Below, one piece after another: positions 22,479 to 36,393 of a stretch of DNA of 64,000 nucleotides. Location of the stretch: positions 806,001 through 870,000 of the forward strand of contig MCFH01000014.1 of the NCBI GenBank assembly GCA_002104945.1, written 5' to 3'. Source of the DNA: Piromyces finnis finn (taxonomy: Eukaryota; Fungi; Neocallimastigomycota). Position 1 is the first letter of the stretch; every line of letters begins with the position of its first letter. Both the position numbers and the translations under genes were made by a program. The notes below the pieces were generated by a model. The model was given only the letters and a program-made list of their open reading frames with translations. It made no database searches and was not told the origin of the DNA.

Positions 22479-25400
22479 ATGGAAGAGAACGAAAACAACC
22501 ACATGGATAATAATAATATTTTCGAAAACGCAACTCTTAAGGATGGTTTTGCAGGGGATCGCAGGTATCTGAAGGGTTTCTTAGCTAAGGTGGAGCTAGT
22601 GTTTATGCTATATCCTGAACGGTATCAAGACGACGCAACCAAAATTCTCTATATAATATCAAGACTTTATGGGGACGCTATGAATTGGGCTGCTACTCTT
22701 ATAAACAACCATGATCCGTGTCTTAATAACTACCAAGCTTTTGTTGACAGGTTTAAGGCTTTTTATGGATATAACGATGCTACCTATGTTGCAAATCAAA
22801 TGCTTAGAACCTTAAAACAACGCCGATTAGGAGGAATTAGAGGATATATCTTGGAATTTAACCGCTATGCTGATGAATCAAACTGGAATGAACAAGCCAA
22901 AATGGATGCATTTATAGCTGGTCTTAATCAACAAGTTGCCGTTCGTATTTTGGAAATGTTTCCGGGTCCTAGGGATCTTCTTTCATTACAGACTATTGCT
23001 TCAAGAATCGATTCAAGATTATCTACACATCATACCTTTTTCCCTTCTGGTTCAAACAATAACCAAAACCGAAAGAAAAGATCTTTTCATCACTCTTCAA
23101 AAATAACAAAGTCCATTACAAACAGGAATAACCATGGCCCTATCTCAAACGAAGAAAAGGAAAGAAGAAAGAAAGAAAATCTTTGTGTGTATTGTGGTGC
23201 TTCAAGTCATAAGCTTAATAATTGTCCAAAAAGAAAGAATAAAGATCGTGAAAATCCTTCACTAATATCTATTCCCACACTTATATCCGCTCCTAAAGAA
23301 GAAAACAAAACTCATAATAAAATGACAACTAAATTTAAACTTTCTTATGAACTAAATACGGATATTCTTATTGACTCAGGATCCAAACTTAATTTAATTG
23401 ATGTAGATTACTGTAACGATAATAACATTCCTTATCATGATGATGGTAACCTCCCAAATATCGTTGGTATCGGTGGTCGACAATCTCTTTTTGGAATTAC
23501 ATCTCCTTTGAATCTTCGCTACAAAGATCATCTCTGTCGAACACAATTCTATGTAACTGATCTACCTTATTATCCTTGTATTCTTGGAATAGACTGGCTT
23601 AAAGAACACAATCCTTCTATCGATTTCACAAAGAACAAAATTTCATTTGTATCCGATTACTGTTATAATCGTTGTATAACACTCTCCAATAATGTCCCTG
23701 AATTTCCTGAAGAAAGATCTGCTTTTCCTGCAATGGAAGATCCTTCCTACGAACCTCCGCATGATTCATTCGCTTACCCTATATTTGTCGATAAACAAAA
23801 CATCCAATCTCAAAACGAAACTAATCGTACTTGTACTATTCTCTGTTCGGGTTCTTCAAAAAATATTAACAATTCTGTTTCTAAGAAGTCTTCTGTTAAC
23901 TTTTCTACTTCGTCTCTCTCAAATCAAGAACCAACTTCTGTTTTGACTTCTTTTTCTGATTCTAATATTCAATCCAATTCTATTCTCAAATCCGATTCAA
24001 ACTCTAAATCAGAACCCAATTCTTCTATTATACTTCCGGATGTTCTCTCTGACTTTGCTGATGTCTTCAATGAATCTAATGCTGAAAAACTTCCTCCACA
24101 CCGTCCATACGATTGTGAAATAAAACTCAAAGAAAATTCAAAACTGTTTTATGGACCGATTTATCCTCTAACAGAAACCGAATCAATTGCTTTAGAAGAA
24201 TATATAAAAGAAAATTTCAAGAAAGGATTTATTAGAAAATCAAAATCGCCTGCGGGAGCTCCTATTCTGTTTGTACCTAAGAAAAACGGTCAACTTCGTA
24301 TGTGTGTTGACTATCGCCAATTAAACTCCATAACTATTCGTGATTCTTATCCCCTTCCTCTTATACAAGATATGCTTGAACATCTTGGAAAAGGGAAGAT
24401 TTTCTCAAAATTGGATCTTCGTTCTGCCTATAACTTGGTCAGGATTAAAAGTGGTGATGAATATAAAACCGCTTTTACTTGCAAGTTAGGTCATTTTGAA
24501 TACTGTGTGATGCCTTTTGGGTTGAAAAATGCACCTGCTGTTTTTCAACATTTCATTAATGATGTTCTTGAAGACGTTCTTGGTAAATTCGCTTTCTCTT
24601 ACATAGATGATATTATTATTTTTTCCTCTGATTATAAATCTCATATATCTCATGTCAAAACTGTTTTGAAACACCTGAGGGATGCTGGGCTCTATGCTAA
24701 ATTGGAAAAATGCGAGTTCTTTGTTTCTTTTATTGATTTCCTTGGTCATAGGATTTCTACTGATGGTATTCACATGGACCCAAATAAAGTTTCTTCTATT
24801 TTAAACTGGCCTACTCCATCTAATGTTAAAGAGGTTCAATCTTTTCTTGGTCTTGCGAACTACTACCGTCGATTTATTCCAAATTTTGCAAAGATCGCTC
24901 ATCCTTTGCATAAACTTTTGAAGAAAAATGTTAAATTTGTATGGTCTAAAGAAGCTCAAGATGCTTTCGATTCACTCAAGTCCTTATTTGTTTCTGCTCC
25001 TGTTCTTATATTTCCTAATCGTGAACTTCCATTCATAGTCGAAACTGATTCAAGTAACTTTGCCATTGGTGCTATTCTCTCGCAAGTCTCTCCAATTGAT
25101 AATATGACCCATCCAGTTGCTTTCTTTTCTCGCTCTCTTACTGGTCCTGAACGTAATTATCCAATATATGATAAAGAGCTCTTAGCTATCGTTGCTGCTC
25201 TTGAAACATGGCGTCATCTACTTAAAGGCTCTTCTTCTACTTTTAAGATTTACTCGGATCATCGAAATTTACTCTATCAAAAAAAACCTGAAAAAATGTC
25301 TCAACGTCTTGTTCGCTGGGCTTTGTTTCTCTCTGAATTTAACTTTGTTATTATTTATCGTTCTGGTTCTTCTAACGGTAAGCCTGATGCCCTATCTCGT

Positions 25401-26921
25401 CGTCCTGATTATGCTATCAATTCGAATTCCTCTTCTGATGTTCCTTTTAATGTTCTTCGCCCTGAAAACTTTTGTGCCATTGTGACTTCTGTTTCGTCCA
25501 TTAGTGATTCTTTTCTTTCCGAATATATAAATGATGACTTTTACAATAAAATCTGTGAATATCTTGATTGTAGGAAACCTCCAATACCTCACCCTCAAAT
25601 TGACAAATTTTCCTTAAGCAATAGTTTTCTCCTTTTTACTGACAGAATCTATGTTCCTCCAAATTGTCGTCTTTCAATTCTTAAACTCTGTCACGACTCT
25701 CCTTCAGCTGGTCATTTCGGAATAAAGAAAACATCTTCTCTTATTGCTAGAGACTTCTGGTGGCCTTCTATTTCTTCTGATGTTAAAGACTACGTTCGTT
25801 CTTGTGAAGTTTGTTGTCGTTCAAAAACCTTTCGTCATAAACCTTATGGTCTTCTGAATCCTCTTGATATTGCTGAGCGTCCTTGGTCATCCATTTCAAT
25901 GGATTTCATTACAGATTTGCCTTCATCTTCTGGTTTCACTTGCATTCTTGTTGTTGTTGATCGTCTTACAAAAATGGTTCATCTCATTCCGTTCAAAAGT
26001 ATTCCTTCCGCCGCCGAAACAGCCACAGCCTTTATTGATAATATTTTCCGTCTTCATGGCCTACCTGAATCTATTGTCTCGGATAGAGGTTCTCAATTTA
26101 CCTCTAAATTCTTCCAATCCATCTGTTCCTCCCTTGGCATTGAACTTAAGTTGTCTACTCCATTTCATCATCAATCAAACGGTCAGACGGAGAGGGTGAA
26201 CTCCGTTATAGAACAATATTTAAGATGTTTCTCAAATTATAAAGGTTCAAATTGGAAAAGTTTTCTTAGTCTTGCAGAATTTAGTTATAACAACGTGGTT
26301 CAAGAATCATCCAAATTTTCTCCATTCTTTTTGAATTACGGCTTTCATCCAAAATATTCACCAGTTATTCCAGACTTATCTAAAGTCCCAAGAGCAGAAG
26401 AGTTTACAAGAGATTTTAAAACTTTAATTAATACCTTAAAAGAAAATTTAAAATCTGCCATGGAAACCCAGAAGAAGCATGCTGACAAATGTAGAAAAAA
26501 AGCTCCGAATTTTAAAGTTGGTGACAAAGTTTGGCTGGATAGTTCTTTAATTATCCACAAAGGAAATAAAAAATTTAAGCCAAGAAAACTCGGCCCATAC
26601 AAAATCTTGGAAAAAATATCAAATGTTACATTTAAATTAAGTCTCCCAAAATCTATTAAGATTCATCCAGTTATTCATGTATCCAATCTTGAGAAATATG
26701 TCGAAGATAAATTTGGAAGATCTCAACCACCACCGCCACCTATTACCGTTGACAATGAAGAAGAATACGAAGTTGAAGAAATTCTGGATAAAAGAAGACA
26801 TTACGGAAAAATACAATACCTGATTAAATGGAAAGGGTATTCAATCAATGAAGCTTCGTGGGAGCCTGAAGAAAATCTAAATTGCAAGGGGCTACTTAAA
26901 AAATTTAATAGAAAGAAATAA
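22479..26921 (+). CDS. gag-pol: Single-ORF Gag-Pol-chromodomain polyprotein of B (1480 aa), paralogue of A
   Basis: [30 protein letters not shown], integrase core and chromodomain as in A. Confidence 0.97.
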   Translation: MEENENNHMDNNNIFENATLKDGFAGDRRYLKGFLAKVELVFMLYPERYQDDATKILYIISRLYGDAMNWAATLINNHDPCLNNYQAFVDRFKAFYGYNDATYVANQMLRTLKQRRLGGIRGYILEFNRYADESNWNEQAKMDAFIAGLNQQVAVRILEMFPGPRDLLSLQTIASRIDSRLSTHHTFFPSGSNNNQNRKKRSFHHSSKITKSITNRNNHGPISNEEKERRKKENLCVYCGASSHKLNNCPKRKNKDRENPSLISIPTLISAPKEENKTHNKMTTKFKLSYELNTDILIDSGSKLNLIDVDYCNDNNIPYHDDGNLPNIVGIGGRQSLFGITSPLNLRYKDHLCRTQFYVTDLPYYPCILGIDWLKEHNPSIDFTKNKISFVSDYCYNRCITLSNNVPEFPEERSAFPAMEDPSYEPPHDSFAYPIFVDKQNIQSQNETNRTCTILCSGSSKNINNSVSKKSSVNFSTSSLSNQEPTSVLTSFSDSNIQSNSILKSDSNSKSEPNSSIILPDVLSDFADVFNESNAEKLPPHRPYDCEIKLKENSKLFYGPIYPLTETESIALEEYIKENFKKGFIRKSKSPAGAPILFVPKKNGQLRMCVDYRQLNSITIRDSYPLPLIQDMLEHLGKGKIFSKLDLRSAYNLVRIKSGDEYKTAFTCKLGHFEYCVMPFGLKNAPAVFQHFINDVLEDVLGKFAFSYIDDIIIFSSDYKSHISHVKTVLKHLRDAGLYAKLEKCEFFVSFIDFLGHRISTDGIHMDPNKVSSILNWPTPSNVKEVQSFLGLANYYRRFIPNFAKIAHPLHKLLKKNVKFVWSKEAQDAFDSLKSLFVSAPVLIFPNRELPFIVETDSSNFAIGAILSQVSPIDNMTHPVAFFSRSLTGPERNYPIYDKELLAIVAALETWRHLLKGSSSTFKIYSDHRNLLYQKKPEKMSQRLVRWALFLSEFNFVIIYRSGSSNGKPDALSRRPDYAINSNSSSDVPFNVLRPENFCAIVTSVSSISDSFLSEYINDDFYNKICEYLDCRKPPIPHPQIDKFSLSNSFLLFTDRIYVPPNCRLSILKLCHDSPSAGHFGIKKTSSLIARDFWWPSISSDVKDYVRSCEVCCRSKTFRHKPYGLLNPLDIAERPWSSISMDFITDLPSSSGFTCILVVVDRLTKMVHLIPFKSIPSAAETATAFIDNIFRLHGLPESIVSDRGSQFTSKFFQSICSSLGIELKLSTPFHHQSNGQTERVNSVIEQYLRCFSNYKGSNWKSFLSLAEFSYNNVVQESSKFSPFFLNYGFHPKYSPVIPDLSKVPRAEEFTRDFKTLINTLKENLKSAMETQKKHADKCRKKAPNFKVGDKVWLDSSLIIHKGNKKFKPRKLGPYKILEKISNVTFKLSLPKSIKIHPVIHVSNLEKYVEDKFGRSQPPPPPITVDNEEEYEVEEILDKRRHYGKIQYLIKWKGYSINEASWEPEENLNCKGLLKKFNRKK

Positions 26922-27666
26922 AAAATAGTTAAAAAATTCAAATTATATTTATTATTAATATTAAAATCACAATTATTATTATTATCAAAACTTATTAATA
27001 TCATTATCAATATCAATTTTATTATTAAACAATTTATTAATATCAAATTTATCAATATTTTATTTTTAACTTTAGTAATATTAAAAAAAAATGTATTTTA
27101 TTATATTAAATGTATTTTTATAATTAAGAAAATTCACTCCTTAGTTTAGTTTATTAAAAAAGAAAAACATATATTTAAATATTAAAATTCTAGATTCGTC
27201 TGGTATCCGAATCCTGGAGGAGGACCATGTAACGAATACTAGAAATAACTAAATTGTCTTAGTGGTTAGTAGCTAAGACTTTGGTTCTGAATGACACTAG
27301 TTCGAGACCTCATAGATACTATTTTAAAAAAATTATAATTTTATTTTATTTTATTTTATTTTTAAATTTTATTTTATATGAAGATTATTGATTGGTTAAG
27401 AATTTTAAGTTGAAAAAATTTTATAAATTAATTTAAAAAATTTTTAGTATAAATACGAGTGAATTTTCCCAAATATTTTAAAGAATCGAGATTTTATTAA
27501 TAAATAATTATATTATTAAACACTAACTTATTAAGTTAAATTCTATGTGTTTTTAATGATATTTTTATAAATTAATAATTTACAGAATATTTTAAAGTGT
27601 TAATATTACTAAGTTATTTAGTAAATATTATAATTTGTTTTATTGTTAAAGACACATTTCTTTACA

Positions 27667-30600
27667 ACATCATAAAGATCTACAAATATTTTTGTGTACT
27701 CTGAAACAAATTGTACACCATTATCTGTTATTATTAATTGTGGAGTTCCATGCCTACTAAATACTTCAACTAAGAAATTAGTTACGTCTTGAGAAGTAGT
27801 AGTTCTAACTGGTTTTGCTTCCACCCATTTTGTAAAGTAATCCACGCATACCATTATATATTTATTCCCAAGTGTGGTTTCTCTTAATGGACCTATAATA
27901 TCAAGACCAAGTCTAACAAAGGGTGCTTCTACAGGAGTTCTAAACTTTTCTGTCGGCTTTGGTAATGGCTCAGATTTATTTAACTGACATATTTTACATA
28001 AGGAGACATATTTTTTTACATCAATGATTAAATTTTTCCAATAAAATTTGTTTTTGATTCTTTCATAAGTTTTCTGTACTCCTTCATGTCCAATTCTATG
28101 CTCTTTTGCAATTATTTTAATTTTAGTGTAAGGGTCATCAATAATCTCCCTAAAATTATTATTATCCTTGAAATATAATTTATTGTCAATAGTGACAATT
28201 TTATCATTTAAAAATTTTTTCATAAAATCGGAAACAAATTTTTCGTTCTCCTCCTCGGTAAAATTGGAACTATTGGTTTTGTTGGAAATATCGATATTTT
28301 TGATATTATTATTATTATTATCATTATTATTATTATTATTATTAATTTCCAAATTATCCAAATTATTAGCAATAAACTTATTAATGTTACTATTATTCTC
28401 ATCTTTATTATTATTGTCATTACCATCAGAAATAGTAGTGTTAACAATTAAATTCTCTTTCAAAGTTATTCTGGATAAAGCATCAGCAATTTTATTAGCT
28501 TTTCCTGGTTGATAAATAATATTAACTTTTAATTGACTAAATTTATCACACCAGCGTTGATGTTTCTTTGTATTCGGTTCTCCTTTCTTAATGATGGGAA
28601 CTAAAGGTTCATGATCAGTATAAAGAATGGTTTGAAATGGATTCCCTAGAATATATGGTTCAAATTGTAAAAGACAATAATAAGCAGCAGTACCTTCTAA
28701 TTCAGTAGTGGTATAATTTTCTTCCGTTTTCTTAATACTTCTACTAACAAAATAAACTGGGTGTTCAATATTGTCATCATATAACTGTAGTAAAACACCA
28801 CCAATTCCATATCCACAAGCATCAGATCTAATTATAAAAGGAACATCAAATTTAGGAAAACAAAGAATTGGTGCATTAACTAGGCAATATATCAGATTTC
28901 TGAAACTTTGTTCTTGAATTTCTGTCCATTCATATTTAATTTTTTTCTTTAATAGTTTGCAAAGAGGAGCTGCAATAGCAGAATAATTTTCAATAAAATT
29001 TCTGTAATAACTAGTCATACCTAAAAATGAACGTAGTTCAGAAATATCTCGTGGTGGGTTCATTTCTTTAATAGATGCGACTTTCTTTTCCAAAGGAAGT
29101 AAACCATCAATAGTAACCCGATGACCTAAAGCCTCTATTTCAAGTTGACAAAAAGAACATTTCTCAATATTTAACTTTAATTTGTTATTACGTAAAATAG
29201 TAAAAACTTTTCTTAAGTCATTAATATGATCTTCAAAACTGGGAGAATAAATAATAATATCATCTAAATATATTTGAACACATTCATTAATTAAATCGAA
29301 AAAGATACGATTCATTTCGCGCTGAAAAGTGGCAGGAGCATTAGTTAATCCAAAAGGCATAACTTTAAAATAATAGTTACCAAATTTAGTGGTAAAAGAA
29401 GTTTTATCCATATCTTCTTTGAACATAGGAATTTGATGATATCCACTAAATAAATCGATTGTTGAAAAGATTTTTGAGTCTTTAAGTGAGTCAAAAATTT
29501 CTTTGATTTTAGGTAGGGCGTATGCATCTTTAACAGTTACATTATTTAATTTTCTAAAATCAATGCAAAGGCGCCATTTTCCATTTTTCTTCTTAACCAT
29601 AACCACTGGAGAAGCCCACGGAGAATGAGACGGTTCAATTAGACCTTTATTAATTAGTTTTTCTAATTCTTCTTTTAAACCTGATAATTGAACTTGTGAA
29701 ATATTATAAGCTTTTTGTTTAATAGGGCGCACATTATCCTCCAAAATAATGTGGTGTGGTAACAAATTTGATGGTTCCAAATCATCAGAAGATACAGCAA
29801 TAACATCATTAAAATTTTTAAGAAGAGAACTAAATAAATTTTTATCAACATCGTTATCAACTTTGATATTAGAAATTATATTATTAATAATATCCATTTT
29901 ATTATTATTATTATTTTCTATTTTGTTAGGTCTATTTTCTTCAACTACAGCTAAAATAGTACTAGCGGTTATATCTTCATAATCAAAATAAATATCTTCT
30001 ACATCATTGGAATAGCAAGAAAGAGCTTGGGATTGAAATATAGAAATATCTTCAACATCAACAATAGGAATAAATTTATTATCAGAAGATTTCAAAATTA
30101 ATGTTTTATCAACTGTATCAATCATAATGCGATTTTCATTTTGTGTTTTAAATCCAATAATAGCATCATAAAATGAATCGTTTTTATCTGATATTCTAAA
30201 TATAGAATCAAATTCAATTTTGCCTATTTTTACATGAAGTTTCACTAGATCATATACTCTAGCAACATCATCAACCATTGCTTGTCTTATTCTTCCTCTA
30301 ATTTGTCCTACAATTTCAAAATCTTTAATTTTATTATCTAAAAAGGAGCGCGTAATTAAATTTGTATTACTACATGCATCAATAAATATAGCTGCTGAAT
30401 GGGAATTGATTGTACCATGAACAACTGCAACATCATGATCGTTTACTTTGGTTCTTCCATCGATATTAATGAAATTATTATTTAATTTATACAAATTATT
30501 ATTATTTTCATCAACTTCAGTGGTACTAATAGTAATATTATCCAACTTTAAATTCTTTAATCCCTTAATTAATTCAGCTTTGGACGTTTTACTAACACCT

Positions 30601-31517
30601 AAAAGTTGTCCAAAAGTAATATTAGCTGGAGTATTTAATAAATCGGTACATATATTATATTCTTTTGAATCTTTTAACATTTGGATTGAAGTTTTTGTTT
30701 TTATACTATTAGAATTATCACTAGGTAATATATTTTCCAAAGTGGATTCTTCATTTATACGCGTGTTTTTACGCGTTTTCTTTACCTTATTAGCTTCTTT
30801 CATATCTATATCGGTATTTAAACTAGTAGTCTTATTTTTCTTTGATTTATCTTCATTTTCTAATTTAAAATTTACTTTCTTGGTTTTATTATTCTTATCA
30901 ATTGAATTATCATTAATATTATTATTCAATTTTATATTATTATTTATATCTTTTTCATTATTATTATTATCCGAAGTGTTATCTTTAATATTGCTATAAT
31001 TATTTTTATTATTGATATTGATATTGTTATTAATATTATTATTATCATTATTATTTAAATTATTATTGTTAAAATTATTACTAGAATTATTAGTATTATT
31101 ATTGGTATTAAAATTATTATTATAGATATCATCAAAATTATTACTAATATTATTGTTAAAATTATTTTCATTTGTAATATTGCTATTCATATTATTAAAA
31201 TTGTTATTATTCATATTATTATTTAAATTAGTTTTATTCATATTATTAATGTTATTATTAGTGTTAATATTAGTATTAATATTTTTAAAATTATTCTTTT
31301 CTCTTTCTGTATTAGGAATTCTGGAATATGGATTTTTAGCTTTTAATTTTTCATCTCGATGTCTTTTAGCTGCAGCAACAATAGCTTCATAATTAGGTGA
31401 ATAAGTAGTTGCTGTAACATCGGGATTCATTGTATTATTATTATTATAGTAATAGTTATTATTAGTGTTGGCAGTTTGATTAACGGAAGTTTGCCCTCTT
31501 CCATAACCTAGTTTTTT
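27667..31517 (-). CDS. pol: E Pol (PR-RT-RNase H-IN N-part), expressed by -1 frameshift
   Basis: FIDACS protease, WRLCIDFRKLN, YLDD, IRSDAC, HRIGH/CKIC, LGLDIIGP, ITDNG. The last 16 codons of the listed ORF (27618-27666) are read-through into the LTR of B. Confidence 0.93.
31483..31517 (-). promoter_or_regulatory. -1 ribosomal frameshift signal of E
   Basis: A AAA AAC, 6-nt spacer TAGGTT, stem ATGGAAG/CTTCCGT with 8-nt loop. Pol is in the -1 frame. Confidence 0.85.
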
Positions 31518-32437
31518 GTATAATATGTAGAGTTCATGTGTGGGCAAAATCTGGCAATATGACCTGGTTCATGGCAGAAATAACAGGTCTTTATGTGTAA
31601 GTTCTGCATTCCGTTAATCAAATCATTCATTTCATCATTTTGATTATTAATGCTAGTAGTTAATCTTGTATTATTATTAGAATTTGATATATTAGAATAT
31701 TGTGTACTAGCACCATTATTCATACTATTATAGCTTTTACTATAATTAACATTATTACCATTATTATTACTATTATTATTAACATTATTATTTACTTTAA
31801 TATTATGTGGAGGATTGTAATTATTGTAATTATTCGAATATCTAGGCCTACTATAAGTATAATTCGAATTATTATAATTGTTATTATTAGTACGACGGTA
31901 GTTCATAGACGAAGTACTAGCTCTAAGATTTGGACCATTATGAATTTCATAATATCTTTCAGCAATCCCCATAGCATCTTCAATTGATTTTGGATCTGCG
32001 AATGCAACCTTTTCATAAACATCATCTTGTGCAACTAGAGCGAATTCATAGTCATACACAGAAATCTTGTCTTTGAATTCATCTGGCAGATCATCATAAA
32101 GCTTCATAAACTTTTTATCAAATTCTAATACATTTTCATTAACTTCAATTTTTAACATTTTTAATTTCCTAAATTTGGCAGCTTTATCATTGTTTGAATG
32201 ATATTTCTTCATAAGTATTACTTTACATTCATTAAGAGATAAGTCTCTATTTACTTTTCTCCTATGTTCCAGAATCGCTTTGGTAGCTTCTTCACGCGTA
32301 CTAGCCAAAATATAACGGTAGATATCTTCATTAGCTACCTTTTCTATAGCTAACCAATTTTCTAAAAGATCCACCCAGGTATCTACATCTTGGTTAGTTC
32401 CTCCAATTGTTGGAAGTGGAATTTTAAATTCACCCAT
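31508..32437 (-). CDS. gag: E Gag (309 aa)
   Basis: Capsid-like N-half, Asn-rich linker, CYFCHEPGHIARFC zinc knuckle, directly upstream of pol. Confidence 0.92.
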   Translation of the reverse strand: MGEFKIPLPTIGGTNQDVDTWVDLLENWLAIEKVANEDIYRYILASTREEATKAILEHRRKVNRDLSLNECKVILMKKYHSNNDKAAKFRKLKMLKIEVNENVLEFDKKFMKLYDDLPDEFKDKISVYDYEFALVAQDDVYEKVAFADPKSIEDAMGIAERYYEIHNGPNLRASTSSMNYRRTNNNNYNNSNYTYSRPRYSNNYNNYNPPHNIKVNNNVNNNSNNNGNNVNYSKSYNSMNNGASTQYSNISNSNNNTRLTTSINNQNDEMNDLINGMQNLHIKTCYFCHEPGHIARFCPHMNSTYYTKN

Positions 32438-33242
32438 TATTGAATTGAAAATAGAATAAATAATTAATTGGTAATATTATATGAAATAAAAAAAAAATAA
32501 AATAAAAATAAATGTAATTCTTAATTATAAGATTAAAATAATGTAAATAATACAATATTTTAATTCTCTTTAAATAAAATAAAATAATTAAAATAGTTAG
32601 AATTAAAATAAGTAAGAAGATACAATATTTTAATTCACTTAGATAATGATAATTATAAAATAATTAGAATTAAAATAAGTAAGAGAATACAATATTTTAA
32701 TTCACTTAAAATAATATGAAAATTTCTTTAAAATAAAACTCACTATAACTAATATAGTTGGTAGTAAGCTTAATCAGATATTATAAAATAAGTAAAAATA
32801 TTATAAAATATGTAATAATAATTCTTAAATATAAAATTCTTTATATATAATATAATGTTATATAGTAATATAACATAAAACTTTTCAAACTATTGAATAA
32901 AAATAAAATAAATAATCTACCAACTAATAAACATATATGAATAAAAGATTAATCGTTTTTATTCTGGTCCGATTTCCCCAGTTTCTCTTATTCAATTATA
33001 TAAAAATAATAAAATTGTATTAATAATAATATTCTTGTGGATATTAGAATATAACTTGACTAAAGTAAATACTCTAAATTTCACAAAATACAAAGGTAAA
33101 ATAAAGAAAATAAAAATAACAATTAATTCAATTCAATAATATCGCGTTTATTTTCCACTTAATAATAAAACACTCAAACTAAATAATTAAATTCACCTAT
33201 ATTATAGATTTAATTAACTAATATTAATATCTTTTATTCTAC

Positions 33243-33261
33243 AACCTCACACTTCGCACCA
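33243..33261 (-). promoter_or_regulatory. tRNA PBS of E
   Basis: TGGTGCGAAGTGTGAGGTT, 3 nt from the LTR. Complement of a tRNA 3' end ..CCUCACACUUCGCACCA. The T-stem resembles elongator Met; identity unverified. Confidence 0.85.
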
Positions 33262-33927
33262 ATTTGATATAAGTTTCTTTTATGTTGTAGTAATTTAATA
33301 TTAGTTTATTTATAATTTATTATATTAGGTGAAAAATATTTTATTACTATTAACTTCTCTCTTATTAATAATTTCACTTATAATATTTTCTTATTAATTA
33401 TTAAAGCTCTTCTCTTTCTAATTATTAATTATTTTTACATGAATATTTTTATATTATAAAATTCCTATAATTGAATATCAATTATATAATGTAATGTATT
33501 CATAATATATGAATAATAATTAAATAGGATATAGTATAATATATTTTACATTTTATATGAAATATTACTATATAAGGAAAGGTAATGTAATACAAATAAG
33601 TATTACAATAAAATTAATACTAATATATAATATTAATATTTAAGAATATAATGAAATATGTACATGAATTCTATAACTAATATATAAATAATGTATTATA
33701 ATATATATCAATTATTATATTATTATTATGAAATATTTGATATAAATTTTTATAGATGAAATTGAATATTTTAAATAATAAAAATTATTTTAAATATTGG
33801 CTAATATGTAGCTAGACATATTAATTTCATATCATATCTCATTATATAACTGTAATATTTACAATGTAACTTTTTCTCTTTGTTAACCTTATTAATAAAA
33901 TTATTTATTAATTAAATTTATTTCACA

Positions 33928-34058
<131 letters not shown>

Positions 34059-34233
34059 ATAAATAAAAATTAATAAAATTTATTTTAAAAACAAATATTA
34101 AATTTTCTTATCTGAAAGTTTTCAGCATTATAAGTGTTATAGTTAAATTTAATTTCTTAAAAAACATTTTTACTATATAATTAATAACATTCTGACCTGG
34201 CCGCATAACCAAACCCAAAAACTTAACATTTTT

Positions 34234-34884
34234 TGTCAAGATTGTAAGGTGATTTGAGTTTATAATTAAGTCTACTAGGTTAGGATAGGCTTAATTATAT
34301 AGTAAATAATAAATTTTTATTTATATAAATAAAAGAATAATAAATATAGTTTTTTTTAAGAATTGTTTTATTTAATTTTTATAATATAAATAAATGATAA
34401 TTATCAATTTTAAATTATTGAATTTACTGTATAAAAATGAGTATTAATAATCTCACAAAGAACTTCTTAAAGTTGTTCTTTGTTCAACTTATTTATACTT
34501 TCATTTTTAATATAACATTGATATTAATAAAATATAATAATAATATTTTTAAGTTATACATGTATAATAATATAAATATAAATATTATAAATATTAATAA
34601 AATATAATAATAATAATATAATTTTCTTTAAATTTCGATATTAATAAGTTGTTAAAAATAATATTAATAATTATTTAAATGAATATTATTTTACTAATTG
34701 GTTTGTTTAATATTAATTAATTGTTACACTATTTATAATTAATTAAATTAATAATTTCAAAATTATACTAATTGGTTTGTTTAATATTAATTAATTGTTA
34801 CACTATTTATAATTAATTAAATTAATAATTTCAAAATTATGAAATTTCATGAAATGTCAAATTATATGAATTGTGATTTTGACA
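34234..34884 (+). mobile_element. I-family solo LTR, preceded by an F-like LTR 3' end (about 34130-34228)
   Basis: TGTCAA...TTGACA, homologous to 60245-60883. Internal 74-bp tandem duplication (34692-34839). Followed by ttttaagttaacccta, which is C-family LTR sequence from position 48 on. Confidence 0.82.
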
Positions 34885-34897
34885 TTTTAAGTTAACC

Positions 34898-34930
<33 letters not shown>

Positions 34931-35006
34931 TAATTTCATATCTCTTTTTATTTAAAAATTTTAAGTATTAATATTATCTTTCAATTAATTTTTACAAAAA
35001 TATTAA

Positions 35007-35078
35007 TGCCTATTGACGGAATTGAACCACCGACCTTCGCTTTACAAGAGCGACGCTCTACCACTAAGCCAAACAAGC
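35007..35078 (-). tRNA. trnT-UGU: tRNA-Thr(UGU), copy 2
   Basis: Identical to copy 1 except one acceptor-stem change (C3 to U, giving a U-G pair). Confidence 0.92.
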
Positions 35079-35086
35079 ATTAAATA

Positions 35087-35157
35087 TGCGTTAACCGGGA
35101 ATCGAACCCGGGCCATTTGCTTGGAAGGCAAATATTCTACCTCTATACTATTAACGC
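35087..35157 (-). tRNA. trnG-UCC: tRNA-Gly(UCC), copy 2
   Basis: Identical to 3926-3996. Confidence 0.95.
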
Positions 35158-35970
35158 TTCAGTTATCTTTTTGATAAATAATGAAATTAATAAATATAAA
35201 ATTATTATTATACCTGATTTTTAAGTTAACCCTAAAAGTAACTTAAAACAAGTTATAGTTTAATTAAGTACTTTACCAAAATTCTTAAATAAAATTAATC
35301 CTAAACACTGCATATGTTTTGATTATTGAAAGAAAATAATAAACTTTAATTAATCGAGATCAAAATATATAACTTTTGTTAAATTAATTGTTAAATTAAA
35401 TGTTTAATAACTTCGTTAGTAAATTACACTTTAAAAGTAAACAAATATAATAATTCATGTTATAAAATAATATAATTAAACACTTTTATTAAAATACTAA
35501 AAATAATTATTACTTTAATTAATTGTAAAATAAACAACTTTTTATATTCTTTAACTTTTAATTATTTCTTTTATTGTTATTTCTAATTACTTTTATTGTA
35601 AATAGTTATTAATTTTATTGTTTTAATGTAAATAGTTTAAATTCAAAAGAAAATATAAATACATGTAAATATTCTTATTTTAATCATTATTATTATTATT
35701 AATAAAGAAATATTATATAGTTAGATTAATATTTTATAATTTTAATAATCACTTTTATACTTAAATAAATAAAATTTTAAATATTTAAATATTAGAAAAA
35801 CAAGTCTAATAAAACAATTTAGTGTTTTAACAAAACAATTTTATTAATTTTTATAAAAACGATTTTAAATCTTAATCAATATAACTTATATAGTTATAAC
35901 AAAAGATATAATATAATAATCACTTTTTGAAGTAAAATTCAAAATTAAGATTATTATCAAATTATATCAA

Positions 35971-35988
35971 TGGTCCTTCGAACCGGAG
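35971..35988 (+). promoter_or_regulatory. tRNA-Tyr-type PBS of C
   Basis: TGGTCCTTCGAACCGGAG is the complement of CUCCGGUUCGAAGGACCA, matching the eukaryotic tRNA-Tyr 3' end type (..CCGGCUCGAAGGACCA). Confidence 0.85.
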
Positions 35989-36347
35989 AATCAAAATAAG
36001 GTAAATATATAAAATTTTCTTTATATAAAAATTTCATATAGAATAGTAAAATATTCTATGAAATTAATTAAATAATTAAGTTATAATAGTATAGAATAGA
36101 TAGTTAACAGAATAGTTTAATATTCTCAATATTTTATCTATTTAGAAATTATAACTTATTAAATAATAAAATAATATTAAAATAATAAATCAATATTCAA
36201 TATTGAAATATTATTTAAATATTATTAAATCAATATTAAAATAAAATAAATAAATTATAATACTTAATAGTATAGTATTAATATAGTAAATTGATATATA
36301 AACATTATATATTAGATAAAATATATAGATATTTTAAATAAGAAAAG

Positions 36348-36393
<46 letters not shown>

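Larger units (their letters stand above)
21149..27666 (+). mobile_element. Element B: full-length chromovirus LTR retrotransposon
   Basis: 439-bp LTRs 21149-21587 and 27228-27666 with about 3 substitutions seen. TSD ACATC. PPT GGAGGAGGACCA. Self-priming PBS AATAAAATCTC (21587-21597) matches LTR 21409-21419. Confidence 0.97.
13303..33834 (-). mobile_element. Element E: tRNA-primed Ty3/gypsy (~7.7 kb when nested NA and B are removed)
   Basis: 570-bp LTRs 13303-13872 and 33265-33834 (TGATAT...ATATCA). 4-bp TSD TATC. PBS 33243-33261. Purine-rich AGCAGGGAAG before the 3' LTR (13873-13886, minus). Confidence 0.92.
13121..33927 (+). mobile_element. Copia 3' LTR (~270 bp) split by element E: 13121-13302 + 33839-33927
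   Basis: TGTGAA directly after the PPT, with mirror terminus TTCACA at 33922-33927. Interrupted exactly at the TATC duplication of E. Confidence 0.7.

Noticed and set aside
27618-27666. C-terminus VKKCVFNNKTNYNIY of the 1309-aa ORF
   Set aside because: Read-through into the B LTR; the true continuation is at 21148-20561.
30448-31987. Hydrophobic plus-strand ORFs (183, 79, 95 aa) and similar short ORFs opposite gag/pol elsewhere
   Set aside because: Antisense shadows of Asn/Lys-rich codons in AT-rich coding DNA; no independent domain evidence.
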